DNA of 64,000 bases, taken from positions 11,966 to 75,965 of the forward strand of contig JAYEFY010000020.1 of NCBI GenBank assembly GCA_034658815.1, written 5' to 3'. The stretch comes from Patescibacteria group bacterium. Lineage in GTDB: Bacteria > Patescibacteriota > Minisyncoccia > Moranbacterales > DUUL01. Position numbers and translations under genes: made by a program. Under the pieces are notes generated by a model. That model searched no databases, was not told the DNA's origin, and worked only from the letters and a program-made list of their open reading frames with translations. This document shows, one piece after another, positions 29,143-38,314 of this stretch (positions within the stretch are counted from its first letter, which is position 1; the number at the start of each line of letters is the position of its first letter).

Positions 29143-29643
29143 ATGCAACTTGATGAGAGAAAAAAACTTATTGAAGATGTAACTAAAGAATTTCTGAATA
29201 AAATGGGATTTGATGTAACAATATATACCGCGACAACAGTTACTCCTGCAGAAACGGAAACTGGAATAATCAACCCTATCTCAGTTGAAATACAACTAAA
29301 TGAGTCAAAGTATCTTATTGGAAAACATGGAGTTAACTTGTCAGCGCTTCAGCATATTCTTCGTATTCTTGTGAGAAAAAAGGCTGGAGAGCAAATTAAT
29401 TTTAATGTTGATATTAACGGTTATCGCGAAAATCAATGTCAATCTATTGCCAATCTTGCCAATGAAATAGCTCAAAAAGTTTTTCACGAAAAAAAATCAG
29501 TTGTGTTACGATCCATGAACGCGTATGAGAGAAGGATCGTTCATGTTGAATTAGCAGATACAGAAGGAATTAAAACAGAAAGTATGGGCGAGGGAGAGGA
29601 ACGAAGAGTAATTATAAAGCCAGCCTCGATCAAAGACGAATGA
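29143..29643 (+). CDS. khpB: Jag/KhpB RNA-binding protein (KH plus R3H domains)
   Basis: 166 aa. KH-like GKHGVNLSALQHIL. R3H region ...RSMNAYERRIVHVELAD... Confidence 0.8.
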   Translation: MQLDERKKLIEDVTKEFLNKMGFDVTIYTATTVTPAETETGIINPISVEIQLNESKYLIGKHGVNLSALQHILRILVRKKAGEQINFNVDINGYRENQCQSIANLANEIAQKVFHEKKSVVLRSMNAYERRIVHVELADTEGIKTESMGEGEERRVIIKPASIKDE

Positions 29644-29800
29644 GGTTTTTAATATAAAAGACTAAAATGGTTCAAGGCAGGATCCATCAAACCTACAAGA
29701 AGGCATCTGCTCCATAGTTAGTTCCCGCCAAAATGTCCTGCATGTTCAGAAACAGTCCCGATATAAATACTTTAAACTTTTCGTTTTTGCTTATTTTATA

Positions 29801-31216
29801 ATGTCTGTATCGCGTAAAATTGCATATAATGTAGCTGTTTCGTCAGTGACAAAAATATTGAGCACTGTTCTTGCGCTTGTCGGAATCGGACTTATCACAC
29901 GATATTTGGGACAGGACATTTTTGGACTTTATGTAATAGCTATTGCATTTTTTCTATTCTTTGAATCTTTGGGAGATTGGGGGCTTCATCAGACTGTGAC
30001 GCGAGAAATATCAAGACCGAACGCCAATGAAAAAGAAATTATGAGTAAGATCGCAGGATTAAGAATTGCCATTTCACTGCTTGTAATTATTGTTGCTCCT
30101 CTCATCATTTTTTTTCTTCCTTACTCGATTCAGCTTAAGCAAGCTCTGGTTATCATTTCTTTCGCATTTTTCTTTTCATCTCTGCGTCAACTTCTTATCG
30201 GCTTGTTTCAAAAGCGGCTTTTGATGGATAGAGTGTCAATTGCCGAATTGATTGGAAAGATCATTCAAGTCGCTCTTATTTTCGCTGGAGTAAAGCTTAA
30301 TTTAGGATTTAATTTTATAGTTTCGACGCTGCTTGTTACGATGGCGTTTAATTTTTTTGTTGTATTGTGGCTTTCAAGGAAATTTCTGACATTTAAGCCA
30401 TCGATAGATACTCATTTTTGGAAAAAGTTTTTGAAACAGTCATTGCCAATTGGAATGTCCGTTTTTATCACATTTATTTATTTTAAGGCAGATTCGATTA
30501 TTCTTTCATTTCTTCAGCCGGCGCAGGCTGTGGGAATCTACGGAGCATCGTATAAAATCATTGAAAATCTCAGTTTTTTCCCGAGCATGATTGTAGGATT
30601 GACAATGCCAATTCTCGCGTATAATGTTTTTTCCAATAGAAAAAAGTTTGAACTTGTAGTAAACAAGAATTTTAAGATTTTTTTAATTCTTGTTTTCCCG
30701 CTAATTATTGGAACGTTATTTCTTGCTGATGGGATCATTAACGTTATCGTGGGATCCGGATTTGAAGAGTCCGTGCTTGTCTTGCGCATCATAATTTTTT
30801 CAATCGCTTTTATATTTTTTGGCAACTTATTTAATAACATACTCATTGCCGCAAAGTTTCAAAAAGAGCTTTTTTGTGCTCTTTCAGTGTGCGCAATTTT
30901 TAATCTCACAGCTAATATTTTATTTATTCCAAAATACTCATATATTGCTACGTCTTATACGTCAGTCGCGACTGAACTTCTTGTCATTGTTCTTGGAAGC
31001 ACGCTCATTTATAAAAAACTTGGGTTCATACCAAAATTTGAAGGAATAGCTTCCATTCTTCTTTCAAGCGGGATAATGGCGTTTTACTTGTGGCTGTTCA
31101 GTAATCTTCCTTTTTTTGTACTTGCCGCGACAAGTCCTTTGGTCTACTTTATCAGCCTTTTTGTTCTCAAAGGAATTAAAAAAGAAGAATTATTACTTTT
31201 ACTTCAAAAGGATTAA
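29801..31216 (+). CDS. Wzx-type polysaccharide/oligosaccharide flippase (MOP superfamily)
   Basis: 471 aa. 12-14 TM. MOP-flippase hallmarks (...LYVIAIAFFLFFESLGDWGL..., ...AQAVGIYGASYKIIE...). Confidence 0.75.
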   Translation: MSVSRKIAYNVAVSSVTKILSTVLALVGIGLITRYLGQDIFGLYVIAIAFFLFFESLGDWGLHQTVTREISRPNANEKEIMSKIAGLRIAISLLVIIVAPLIIFFLPYSIQLKQALVIISFAFFFSSLRQLLIGLFQKRLLMDRVSIAELIGKIIQVALIFAGVKLNLGFNFIVSTLLVTMAFNFFVVLWLSRKFLTFKPSIDTHFWKKFLKQSLPIGMSVFITFIYFKADSIILSFLQPAQAVGIYGASYKIIENLSFFPSMIVGLTMPILAYNVFSNRKKFELVVNKNFKIFLILVFPLIIGTLFLADGIINVIVGSGFEESVLVLRIIIFSIAFIFFGNLFNNILIAAKFQKELFCALSVCAIFNLTANILFIPKYSYIATSYTSVATELLVIVLGSTLIYKKLGFIPKFEGIASILLSSGIMAFYLWLFSNLPFFVLAATSPLVYFISLFVLKGIKKEELLLLLQKD

Positions 31217-31249
31217 TGGAGACCGTTTTCAAGCCATATCCCTGTCTCA

Positions 31250-31361
31250 TCGCCTGCCTGCCGGTAGGCAGGGTAGGCAGGGTAGGCAGGCGCTACCAAA
31301 ATTTTATCCCGAGTGTTTGGAACTATGCCGTTCTCGAACAACGTGATCCCGCTTAGCGGGA
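31250..31361. repeat. Composite GC-rich repeat: GCCTGCCTGCC-GGTAGGCAGG x3 box (31250-31292), half-palindrome ATCCCGAGTG plus GTTTGGAAC (31306-31324), and TCCCGCTTAGCGGGA hairpin (31347-31361)
   Basis: Same modules as at 3744-3974 and 48425-48575. It lies inside the annotated N-terminal extension of ORF 31313-32245, which argues for the shorter start. Confidence 0.75.
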
Positions 31362-31390
31362 AAAATCTCCTAATTTTTACCAACAAAGAG

Positions 31391-32245
31391 ATGCCGCGAA
31401 CAACAGTCTCTTTCATTATCATCACTTATAATAGTGAAAAATGCATTAAAAAATGCCTTGCTTCAGTAAATAAAAACAAATCACCAAGATTCAAAACTAC
31501 TTTAGTGCTCATTGATAATAATTCTTCGGATAGATCTCCGGACATATTAAAAAAAGAAGGCATATTTGATACGGAAATAATTTGCAACAGTCAAAATCTA
31601 GGCTTCGCAAAAGCCGTCAATCAAGGAATTAATCGCGCCAGAAAGGCTTTTGATCCGGATTTTTTCTTTCTCTTGAATCCTGACGCAACACTTGATAACA
31701 ACGCCCTTGAAAACGTGATCTTATTCCACGAGAACCGAAATGATCTTCTTTTTTCTTCGCCGATCATCATCGATCCGTTAATTAATAGAATATGGTTTTG
31801 CGGAAGTTCGATCAGCTGGATCTTTCAAAAAACAATCCATGATTCGGCAATTATGTCAGACATCCCATACAAAACCTTGTCATTGTCCGGATGCGCGCTT
31901 TGCATTCCCAAAAAAGCTATTGAAAAAGTCGGTTTTTTTGATGAGCGTTTTTTTCTCTACTATGAAGATGCTGATTTTTGCTATCGCGCGCAAAAGGCTG
32001 GAATTAATTTGTATGTTGTCCCTTCATCAAAGTGCTTCCATGTTGAATCTCAGTCATTAAATAATGAAACAAAATGCTACTCTCTTGTTAAAAGCGGACT
32101 GAAGTTTTTTTATAAACATCATTCTAAATTTGCAAAAATGTATTTTTGGCTTATTTTTACGGCACGCTTCACATATCACAAATTTATTTCAAAAAAACGA
32201 TGTGTGATCAACGGAATGAATGACTTTCTAAAAGAAAAAACTTAA
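31391..32245 (+). CDS. Glycosyltransferase family 2
   Basis: ORF 31313-32245 shortened to the Met at 31391 (MPRTTVSFIIITYNSEKCI...), because the upstream 26 codons are made of the GC-rich repeat. GT-A DxD region ...LLNPDATLD.... Confidence 0.8.
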   Translation: MPRTTVSFIIITYNSEKCIKKCLASVNKNKSPRFKTTLVLIDNNSSDRSPDILKKEGIFDTEIICNSQNLGFAKAVNQGINRARKAFDPDFFFLLNPDATLDNNALENVILFHENRNDLLFSSPIIIDPLINRIWFCGSSISWIFQKTIHDSAIMSDIPYKTLSLSGCALCIPKKAIEKVGFFDERFFLYYEDADFCYRAQKAGINLYVVPSSKCFHVESQSLNNETKCYSLVKSGLKFFYKHHSKFAKMYFWLIFTARFTYHKFISKKRCVINGMNDFLKEKT

Positions 32246-32404
32246 AAGAAAAAATTTACCAAATCCGGATAGTAGTATATAATTCAAAGGAACACTATCA
32301 AGGGATCATTTTCAAACTAACTTCTGCCAAAAATTCATTTCGAGTGTTCAAGATCACGCCATTCGTAAATGGCAGAGATGGGCAGAATTTCCTGATCCTT
32401 GCCG

Positions 32405-32452
32405 ACGCCCCCCTTCGCAGGCGGTAGGCAGGTGACAAGGCAGGGAAGCTAG
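32405..32452. repeat. GC-rich box ACGCCCCCCTTCGCAGGCGGTAGGCAGGTGACAAGGCAGGGAAGC (GC-rich repeat family member)
   Basis: GGCAGG-type units in AT-rich DNA just upstream of the AI-2E transporter gene. Confidence 0.6.
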
Positions 32453-32480
32453 CTTGAAAACAATCCCATGAAAAAGCACT

Positions 32481-33536
32481 ATGAAAAACCATTTTAATAC
32501 AACTTTCTTATTCGCGCTAATATTATTAGTCGGATATGGGTCGTTCCTCGTTTTTAAGCCATTTGTTATTGCTATAACCTTGGCTTTTGTGCTTTCCCAG
32601 TTATTTCAAAACTGGTACAAAAAAACTAATAAATTATTCAGAGGAAAGAAGTCATTGGCATCGCTTGTCATGTGCGTTTTAATTTTATTTATCATAGTTG
32701 TGCCTCTTATATTCGTGTCGAGTATGGTGATATCGGAAACCAACCACTTGCTTCAAACAATGCAGCAAAATAACATTCAAGAAAAGATCGAAGCATTTTC
32801 ATTTAACGTGCCGGTGATTGGGCTTAATATTACAAATGAGGAAATTCAATCTGTTGTAGGAACGGAAGAGTTCATGAAAAGCTTAAGAAGCGCGGGGGGA
32901 TTATTTCTTCAGCTCATTAAAAAGACATACCAGAGTACAAGCAGCTTCTTATTTATGTCTTTCGTAATGTTCTTCTCCCTTTATTATTTTTTTAAGGACA
33001 GCAATGCTTTATTGAAATGTTTTATGAATTTAAGTCCTCTTAAAAATTCACAAGAAAAGTTGATTGTAAATAAATTCATAGCCATTTCCCGTGCGACACT
33101 AAAAGGAACATTTGTTGTTGCAATTGTCCAGGGAACACTGCTTGGCATTTCATTTTTCATTGCAGGAGTACCGTCCGCAACCCTGTGGGCGCTTGTAGCT
33201 GCCATCCTATCTCTTGTGCCGTTGCTTGGAACGCTCCTCGTATGGGCGCCTGTTGGAGTTTTTCTCCTGCTGATCGGAAAGATCTGGCAGGGTATTTTCA
33301 TAATTCTTTTCGGCGCGATAGTAGTTAGCAATATTGACAATTTTTTGCGTCCGAAGCTCGTCGGAAATGAAGCTCAACTGCATCCCCTTTTGGTCTTTCT
33401 TTCAACACTTGGCGGTATTGCATTTTTCGGAATAGCCGGCTTTTTGCTTGGCCCCGTTATTATTGTCTTATTTATGACTCTCTTGCAAATCTATCAAATT
33501 GAGTTTAAGAAAGATTTGAAGGTGTTTAATAAATGA
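32481..33536 (+). CDS. AI-2E family transporter (UPF0118/PerM-like)
   Basis: 351 aa, 8 TM. The conserved ...NIDNFLRPKLVG... motif near the C-terminus. Confidence 0.8.
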   Translation: MKNHFNTTFLFALILLVGYGSFLVFKPFVIAITLAFVLSQLFQNWYKKTNKLFRGKKSLASLVMCVLILFIIVVPLIFVSSMVISETNHLLQTMQQNNIQEKIEAFSFNVPVIGLNITNEEIQSVVGTEEFMKSLRSAGGLFLQLIKKTYQSTSSFLFMSFVMFFSLYYFFKDSNALLKCFMNLSPLKNSQEKLIVNKFIAISRATLKGTFVVAIVQGTLLGISFFIAGVPSATLWALVAAILSLVPLLGTLLVWAPVGVFLLLIGKIWQGIFIILFGAIVVSNIDNFLRPKLVGNEAQLHPLLVFLSTLGGIAFFGIAGFLLGPVIIVLFMTLLQIYQIEFKKDLKVFNK

Positions 33537-33621
33537 TCGATAGTATGAATTAGATATCAGAAAGATACGCATAATCTGTAACTTGCAGCTCAAGAAAAAA
33601 ATAAATTGCGCGAAAACAATC

Positions 33622-33657
33622 AAAAAACAATTCCGAATATTCGGAATTGTTTTTTGA
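33622..33657. terminator. Bidirectional rho-independent terminator
   Basis: Perfect palindrome AAAACAATTCCGAATATTCGGAATTGTTTT with an A-run upstream and a T-run downstream, between convergent genes. Confidence 0.7.
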
Positions 33658-33737
33658 TTATAATAAACTACTTCGCCGGCTTTAATTTAAAATTCAGTTC
33701 ATTTTTAAATTCATTTCAAATTTATCCGTAACGGTTT

Positions 33738-34988
33738 CTATTCCAGAAGCTTTTCATAATGATCCGCCCAATACTGCACTTTATCACAATACCATTGATG
33801 AGAACCTCCTAAGTACCGTTTGGCGGCTTTGCATTCTCCCTTTTTTGATGTCGCGCCATCATTCGCGAGTTTTAACGCCATTGCTGTAACTCCATCCGTA
33901 AGATCCCATGGATCCGGAGGCTTGTGTCCGGTCACTCGTTCGATCTTTTTTTCGTACCCCTTCCAAGTATCTGACATAAATTGCGCGACTCCCATTGCTC
34001 CGCCTGTTCCCTTATAACCGCTTGGAGGACATGACACTTTTTGTTTTTTGTAATTGTAGTCCAGATCCTTGCATATATCTTTGAAAATACTTTTCCGATA
34101 GCTGTTCATTCGACTTTCCTTGTAATTACATCCGCCGGTATACCGCCCAAGATCAGACTCAACAACAAGCATGCCCATTAAAAAATCCTTTCGTACTCCT
34201 GTAGCCTTGCTGGCAAATTTAACTGCGTCTTTAATATCACCGGTGTCATAACCTTTACCCAAAAGCCTGGAAATATTCGCCCGCAACCTGGCTATCTTGG
34301 ATTGGATCTCATCGATCACGGCATTTTTTTGATTGATTTCTCCCTGTGTTTGATTTAAAATAACACTCTTTTTAACTTTTTCATACTCAAGCGTTTTTTG
34401 TTGATCGTCATATATTTCCACCACTATCTCTTGTTCTTCCCTTTTCTTCTCAAATTCAACTTTTTCATTTTTTATTTCTTCGACAGTATCATACAGCCCC
34501 TTCTCAAGCTGTTGCAAGGCATCAATAGTCGTAAAATAATCACCAAATCCGTTATCGCTCCCGAAAGTCATCAGGTATGCCTCCGAATCAACTTGATTTA
34601 TTTTCCTCAATATATCAGCTAATAATTTTTTCTTGTATTCGATCTCCTTTCGTTTTTGATCAAGTTCCAATTTTGTTCTATTAACTTCTTTTTCAGATTC
34701 GGAAAGTTTTTCTCCGATTATTGATATATTTCCATTTATTTGATGGAGTTCATTGGAGATAATCAGTTTTTTTTGAACATCTTCATTTTTTTCTATCTTG
34801 GCATCTTTAAGCTTATCTTCCAAGCTTTCAATTTTATCTTCACTTTTTTCAGCTTCCTTAATGTCATCCTCATTAATTTCATCAGCGCGTACAATCATAA
34901 AACCGCACATCATTGATAATGCGCAACAAAAAACAACGTTTGCGACATTTAAAAGCCCATTTCTTTTTTTTGTATTTCTATGCGCCAT
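33738..34988 (-). CDS. Secreted coiled-coil protein with C-terminal MltB-like (SLT_2) lytic transglycosylase domain
   Basis: 416 aa. Signal/TM, about 220 aa of coiled coil, then LMGMLVVESDLG (catalytic-Glu box) ... GAMGVAQFMSDTW ... DPWDLTDGVTAMALKLANDGA, matching the MltB/Slt35 signature order. Confidence 0.65.
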   Translation of the reverse strand: MAHRNTKKRNGLLNVANVVFCCALSMMCGFMIVRADEINEDDIKEAEKSEDKIESLEDKLKDAKIEKNEDVQKKLIISNELHQINGNISIIGEKLSESEKEVNRTKLELDQKRKEIEYKKKLLADILRKINQVDSEAYLMTFGSDNGFGDYFTTIDALQQLEKGLYDTVEEIKNEKVEFEKKREEQEIVVEIYDDQQKTLEYEKVKKSVILNQTQGEINQKNAVIDEIQSKIARLRANISRLLGKGYDTGDIKDAVKFASKATGVRKDFLMGMLVVESDLGRYTGGCNYKESRMNSYRKSIFKDICKDLDYNYKKQKVSCPPSGYKGTGGAMGVAQFMSDTWKGYEKKIERVTGHKPPDPWDLTDGVTAMALKLANDGATSKKGECKAAKRYLGGSHQWYCDKVQYWADHYEKLLE

Positions 34989-35041
34989 AGAGTTAATTTA
35001 GTAACTCAACGCAACATTAAGATTTTTCGGAAACAATCCCT

Positions 35042-35749
35042 TTATTCAGCGCTGTCTTTTTCCTTTTGTTGATCTTCTATTTTCTGTTGTTCCGGTTGAT
35101 TTTCAACTTCTTTCTTTTCGACATCTTCGACTTGAGAAATATCTCCTTCAATATCTTTCTCAAGTTCTTCAATATCTTCTTGGCTTCGCGGCGGCGCGAC
35201 AAGAGCTACCACTGTTTTCGATTCCAGATCAATGGAAACTTTGTCAGATATTTTCAAATCTTCAACGCAGATACGGCCATCAAATGTTTCGAGTGCTGAT
35301 ATGTCAACTTTAATATACTTTGGCAAATCTGCGGGCAGGCACCGCACTTCAACTTTATCAATATTTTTTACAAGAACGCCTCCAAGCTCCTTAACTGCGA
35401 GAGACTCATTTATAAATTCAAGTTCGACGCTGGCTTCGATCTCTTCATCCATTTTTACGCGATAAAAATCAACATGCGTATAGCCGTCAGTAACAGGATC
35501 ACGCTGTATATCATAAATCAGCACCTTTTCCACCTCCCGCTTGCTGCCATTTTCCACAATAAGATCTATTACGGAACTTCCTCTTACGTCATCATAGACC
35601 CTACTAAACGCTTTGAAGTCGATCCATAACATAATATTGTCTAGTTTTTTGCCATACAATATCGCAGGGATTCTATTCCCCAGTTGCTCATTCTTACTGC
35701 TTTTTTCACGTACATTCGCGTTGATTGAGTAAGTGTCTTCCATAGCCAA
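35042..35749 (-). CDS. rplY: 50S ribosomal protein L25 / general stress protein Ctc form
   Basis: 235 aa. L25 N-domain (...RIPAILYGKK...), Ctc-type beta-barrel C-domain, and an acidic tail. Confidence 0.85.
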   Translation of the reverse strand: MAMEDTYSINANVREKSSKNEQLGNRIPAILYGKKLDNIMLWIDFKAFSRVYDDVRGSSVIDLIVENGSKREVEKVLIYDIQRDPVTDGYTHVDFYRVKMDEEIEASVELEFINESLAVKELGGVLVKNIDKVEVRCLPADLPKYIKVDISALETFDGRICVEDLKISDKVSIDLESKTVVALVAPPRSQEDIEELEKDIEGDISQVEDVEKKEVENQPEQQKIEDQQKEKDSAE

Positions 35750-35837
35750 ATAAATATTATTTATATAGTTAGTTTAACATGACGCTACCAAGCGCGTAAC
35801 CGTTCCAAAACCAGTTCTATGTTCACAATACAGAGTA

Positions 35838-35855
35838 ATCCCGAGTACTCGGGAT
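35838..35855. repeat. Perfect 18-bp palindrome ATCCCGAGTACTCGGGAT
   Basis: Identical 16-bp core TCCCGAGTACTCGGGA also at 3959-3974. A half-site occurs at 31306-31314. It is immediately followed by GGAACTGTTTCC (35870-35882). Confidence 0.85.
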
Positions 35856-35887
35856 AAAATTTAGTATATGGAACTGTTTCCTGTATG

Positions 35888-36193
35888 TTAAACTGAACTG
35901 ATTATTTGACTTATTTCCAGTACTTCATCCGCCGTAATAGGCCCCTTTTTTATCATCTCGATAATTTCACCGTAGCTAAGATCTGTTAACATTCCAACGG
36001 AAATTAGCCTGTCATTGTCGTTTCCATTGGATATAATTGCTAAAGAAGTGCTTCGGCAAGCTGAACATGTTATATGCACGATCATTGCCTCTTTTCTGCT
36101 TGCAATCGTCCGAACACAACCATTTGAATATTTTTGGTTGCAAATAGGGCAAAATAACAATGTGTTCAAATTATTCGTCATAGCTTTGGTCAC
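35888..36193 (-). CDS. Small Zn-ribbon protein (CPxC ... CSAC), unknown function
   Basis: 101 aa. Two Cys pairs (FCPICNQ ... TCSACRS). Confidence 0.4.
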   Translation of the reverse strand: MTKAMTNNLNTLLFCPICNQKYSNGCVRTIASRKEAMIVHITCSACRSTSLAIISNGNDNDRLISVGMLTDLSYGEIIEMIKKGPITADEVLEISQIISSV

Positions 36194-36282
36194 TATATCA
36201 ACAAATTAAACCGAAGTCAATAATGTTGTTCCTTTTCACTGCGAAGCTTCATAGCTTAACATGTCAGAAATTAGAGCGCTCT

Positions 36283-37170
36283 TTACAATGTTTTCAAATA
36301 AGCAACTGTTTTATCAATATCCCATTTCGGAGTTGAAGCGCCGGAAACTATTCCAACAGTATCGGCTTCCCGCAACAAGTGCTTTATTTTTTTCTTGGCG
36401 CGATCATTCAGTTCATCGATCCACGTCACTTTCTTATTGATATTTTTAGCGATCTTCCATAATTGTCTCGTGTTCGCGCTTTTTTTCCCTCCAATAATAA
36501 TAACGGCATCATTCTTCTTGGAAATACGCGAAGCTTCTTTCTGCCGAAACGATGTTGCCCTGCAAATGGTGTCTACTGTTTTCATTGTTCGACCAGCGAA
36601 ACGGGCGGCTCTTTTAAGCATAGCGACTGCCTCGCTGAATGAAGCAACATTTTGCGTCGTTTGAGAAACCACCAATAGCGGCCTTTGGCAATTGGAATTA
36701 ACGATTTGTCTCGCAAGTTTTTTTGTTTCATTTTTAGTCGCAATTATTCTTGCGTTTTTGCCGCACCAGCCATTAATCCCCCGCACTTCCTTATGTTTTT
36801 TATCTCCAAAAATAATAATTTCAAATTTTTTCTCAGCGTACCAGCGCACACAACGATGGACGCGTGAAACATTTGGACAGGTAGTATCAAATACAATCGC
36901 CTCCCTCTTCTTGATCGACTTGATTTTTTGCTTACTTACTCCATGAGCTGTAATAATCACGGTATCGTTTTTTTTAATCAACCGCAGTGTTTCGATCTTT
37001 TTTATTCTCCATTTTTCTACTACAGCCATTACATTTTCATTATGCACCAACGATCCAAGTATAAAAACAGGATTCCTTTTTTTATAATTTCTGAATTTTT
37101 TCTCCACCAGCATGAATGCCCTATTCACTCCTCCGCAAAAACCGGCATTTTTTGCAACGTTCACCTTCAT
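36283..37170 (-). CDS. ispH: 4-hydroxy-3-methylbut-2-enyl diphosphate reductase
   Basis: 295 aa. AGFCGGVNRA...HNENV...TTCPNV...SQTTQ hallmarks of LytB/IspH. Confidence 0.9.
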   Translation of the reverse strand: MKVNVAKNAGFCGGVNRAFMLVEKKFRNYKKRNPVFILGSLVHNENVMAVVEKWRIKKIETLRLIKKNDTVIITAHGVSKQKIKSIKKREAIVFDTTCPNVSRVHRCVRWYAEKKFEIIIFGDKKHKEVRGINGWCGKNARIIATKNETKKLARQIVNSNCQRPLLVVSQTTQNVASFSEAVAMLKRAARFAGRTMKTVDTICRATSFRQKEASRISKKNDAVIIIGGKKSANTRQLWKIAKNINKKVTWIDELNDRAKKKIKHLLREADTVGIVSGASTPKWDIDKTVAYLKTL

Positions 37171-37246
37171 AAATTCGTATTTATCAATTTTTTATTCTAT
37201 CGGTATTTTTGGAAACAACCATTTATAGCATTTAAGTTTCCATTTT

Positions 37247-38305
37247 TCAAGTCATTTTTTTAAGTTCCTTTTTAAATTCACTAAGCAAATCGGCTTCTTT
37301 TACTTTTTTGATCACTTTCCCTCTTTTACAAAGCAACCCTATTTTTTTTCCGCCAATCACCGCAAGATCCGCTTCCCTTGCTTCACCCGGTCCGTTTACT
37401 ACGCATCCCATTACGGCAATACGCATATCTTTATTTATATTTTCGACAATTTTCTCGACTTGCTTCGCAAGCCTTATCACGTCAATTTCTGTTCTGCCGC
37501 ATGTTGGACAGCTTGTAACGGTCGGTTTTCTCCGTCTCAATCCAAGCGCGCTTAAAATTTCCCAAGCAACCGGAATTTCCTCAACAGGATTATCAGTCAA
37601 AGAAACTCTGATCGTGTCTCCAATTCCATCATATAAAAGCATGCCAATCCCTATTGATGACATAATCGTTCCTCTGAACCTTGTTCCGGCTTCAGTTACT
37701 CCAACATGGAGAGGGTAACGCACTTTTTTCGACAGCATTCTATATGCCGACACAGTCCGATCTATATCAGAGGCTTTCAGTGAAATAATGATATTTTTAA
37801 ATTTCAAACTTTCAAGAATTTTTATGTGCGACAACGCTGATTCTACCATTCCTTGAGCTGTTGCTTTTCCTTTGAATTTTCTTAAAATTGTTTTTTCCAA
37901 AGAACCCGCGTTCACTCCGATTCTTATGGGAACTTTTTTTGCTTTGCATTTTAAAACGACTTTTTCGATTTTGCTCTTTGGCTGGATATTCCCGGGATTT
38001 ATTCTGACTTTATCAATTCCTTGATCAATAGCTTCTAATGCCAAATCAGCGGAAAAATGTATGTCAGCAACGAGAGGAATATTGATCTTTGATTTTATGG
38101 CCGAGATCGCGCGCGCGGCTTTCTGGTCGGGAACTGCTACTCTAACAATTTCGCAGCCGGCTTTTTCAAGCTGTTTGATCTGTGCAACGGTTTTATTGAT
38201 ATTTCCAGTATTGGTATTCGTCATTGACTGCACACAAATCGGCTTACAGCCTCCAATTGGCATCTTTCCGATTTTGACAATCTTCGTCTGTCTTCTTCTT
38301 ATCAT
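37247..38305 (-). CDS. ispG: (E)-4-hydroxy-3-methylbut-2-enyl diphosphate synthase
   Basis: 352 aa. ...KIGKMPIGGCKPICVQSMTNT... TIM-barrel region plus C-terminal 4Fe-4S Cys (TSCPTCGRT...GCVVNGPGE). Confidence 0.92.
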   Translation of the reverse strand: MIRRRQTKIVKIGKMPIGGCKPICVQSMTNTNTGNINKTVAQIKQLEKAGCEIVRVAVPDQKAARAISAIKSKINIPLVADIHFSADLALEAIDQGIDKVRINPGNIQPKSKIEKVVLKCKAKKVPIRIGVNAGSLEKTILRKFKGKATAQGMVESALSHIKILESLKFKNIIISLKASDIDRTVSAYRMLSKKVRYPLHVGVTEAGTRFRGTIMSSIGIGMLLYDGIGDTIRVSLTDNPVEEIPVAWEILSALGLRRRKPTVTSCPTCGRTEIDVIRLAKQVEKIVENINKDMRIAVMGCVVNGPGEAREADLAVIGGKKIGLLCKRGKVIKKVKEADLLSEFKKELKKMT

Positions 38306-38314
38306 GCTTTTGCG

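Noticed and set aside
31313-31390. Upstream extension of the GT2 ORF from 31313
   Set aside because: The extension is encoded by the GC-rich repeat and the TCCCGCTTAGCGGGA hairpin. The conserved GT2 N-terminus begins at the Met at 31391.
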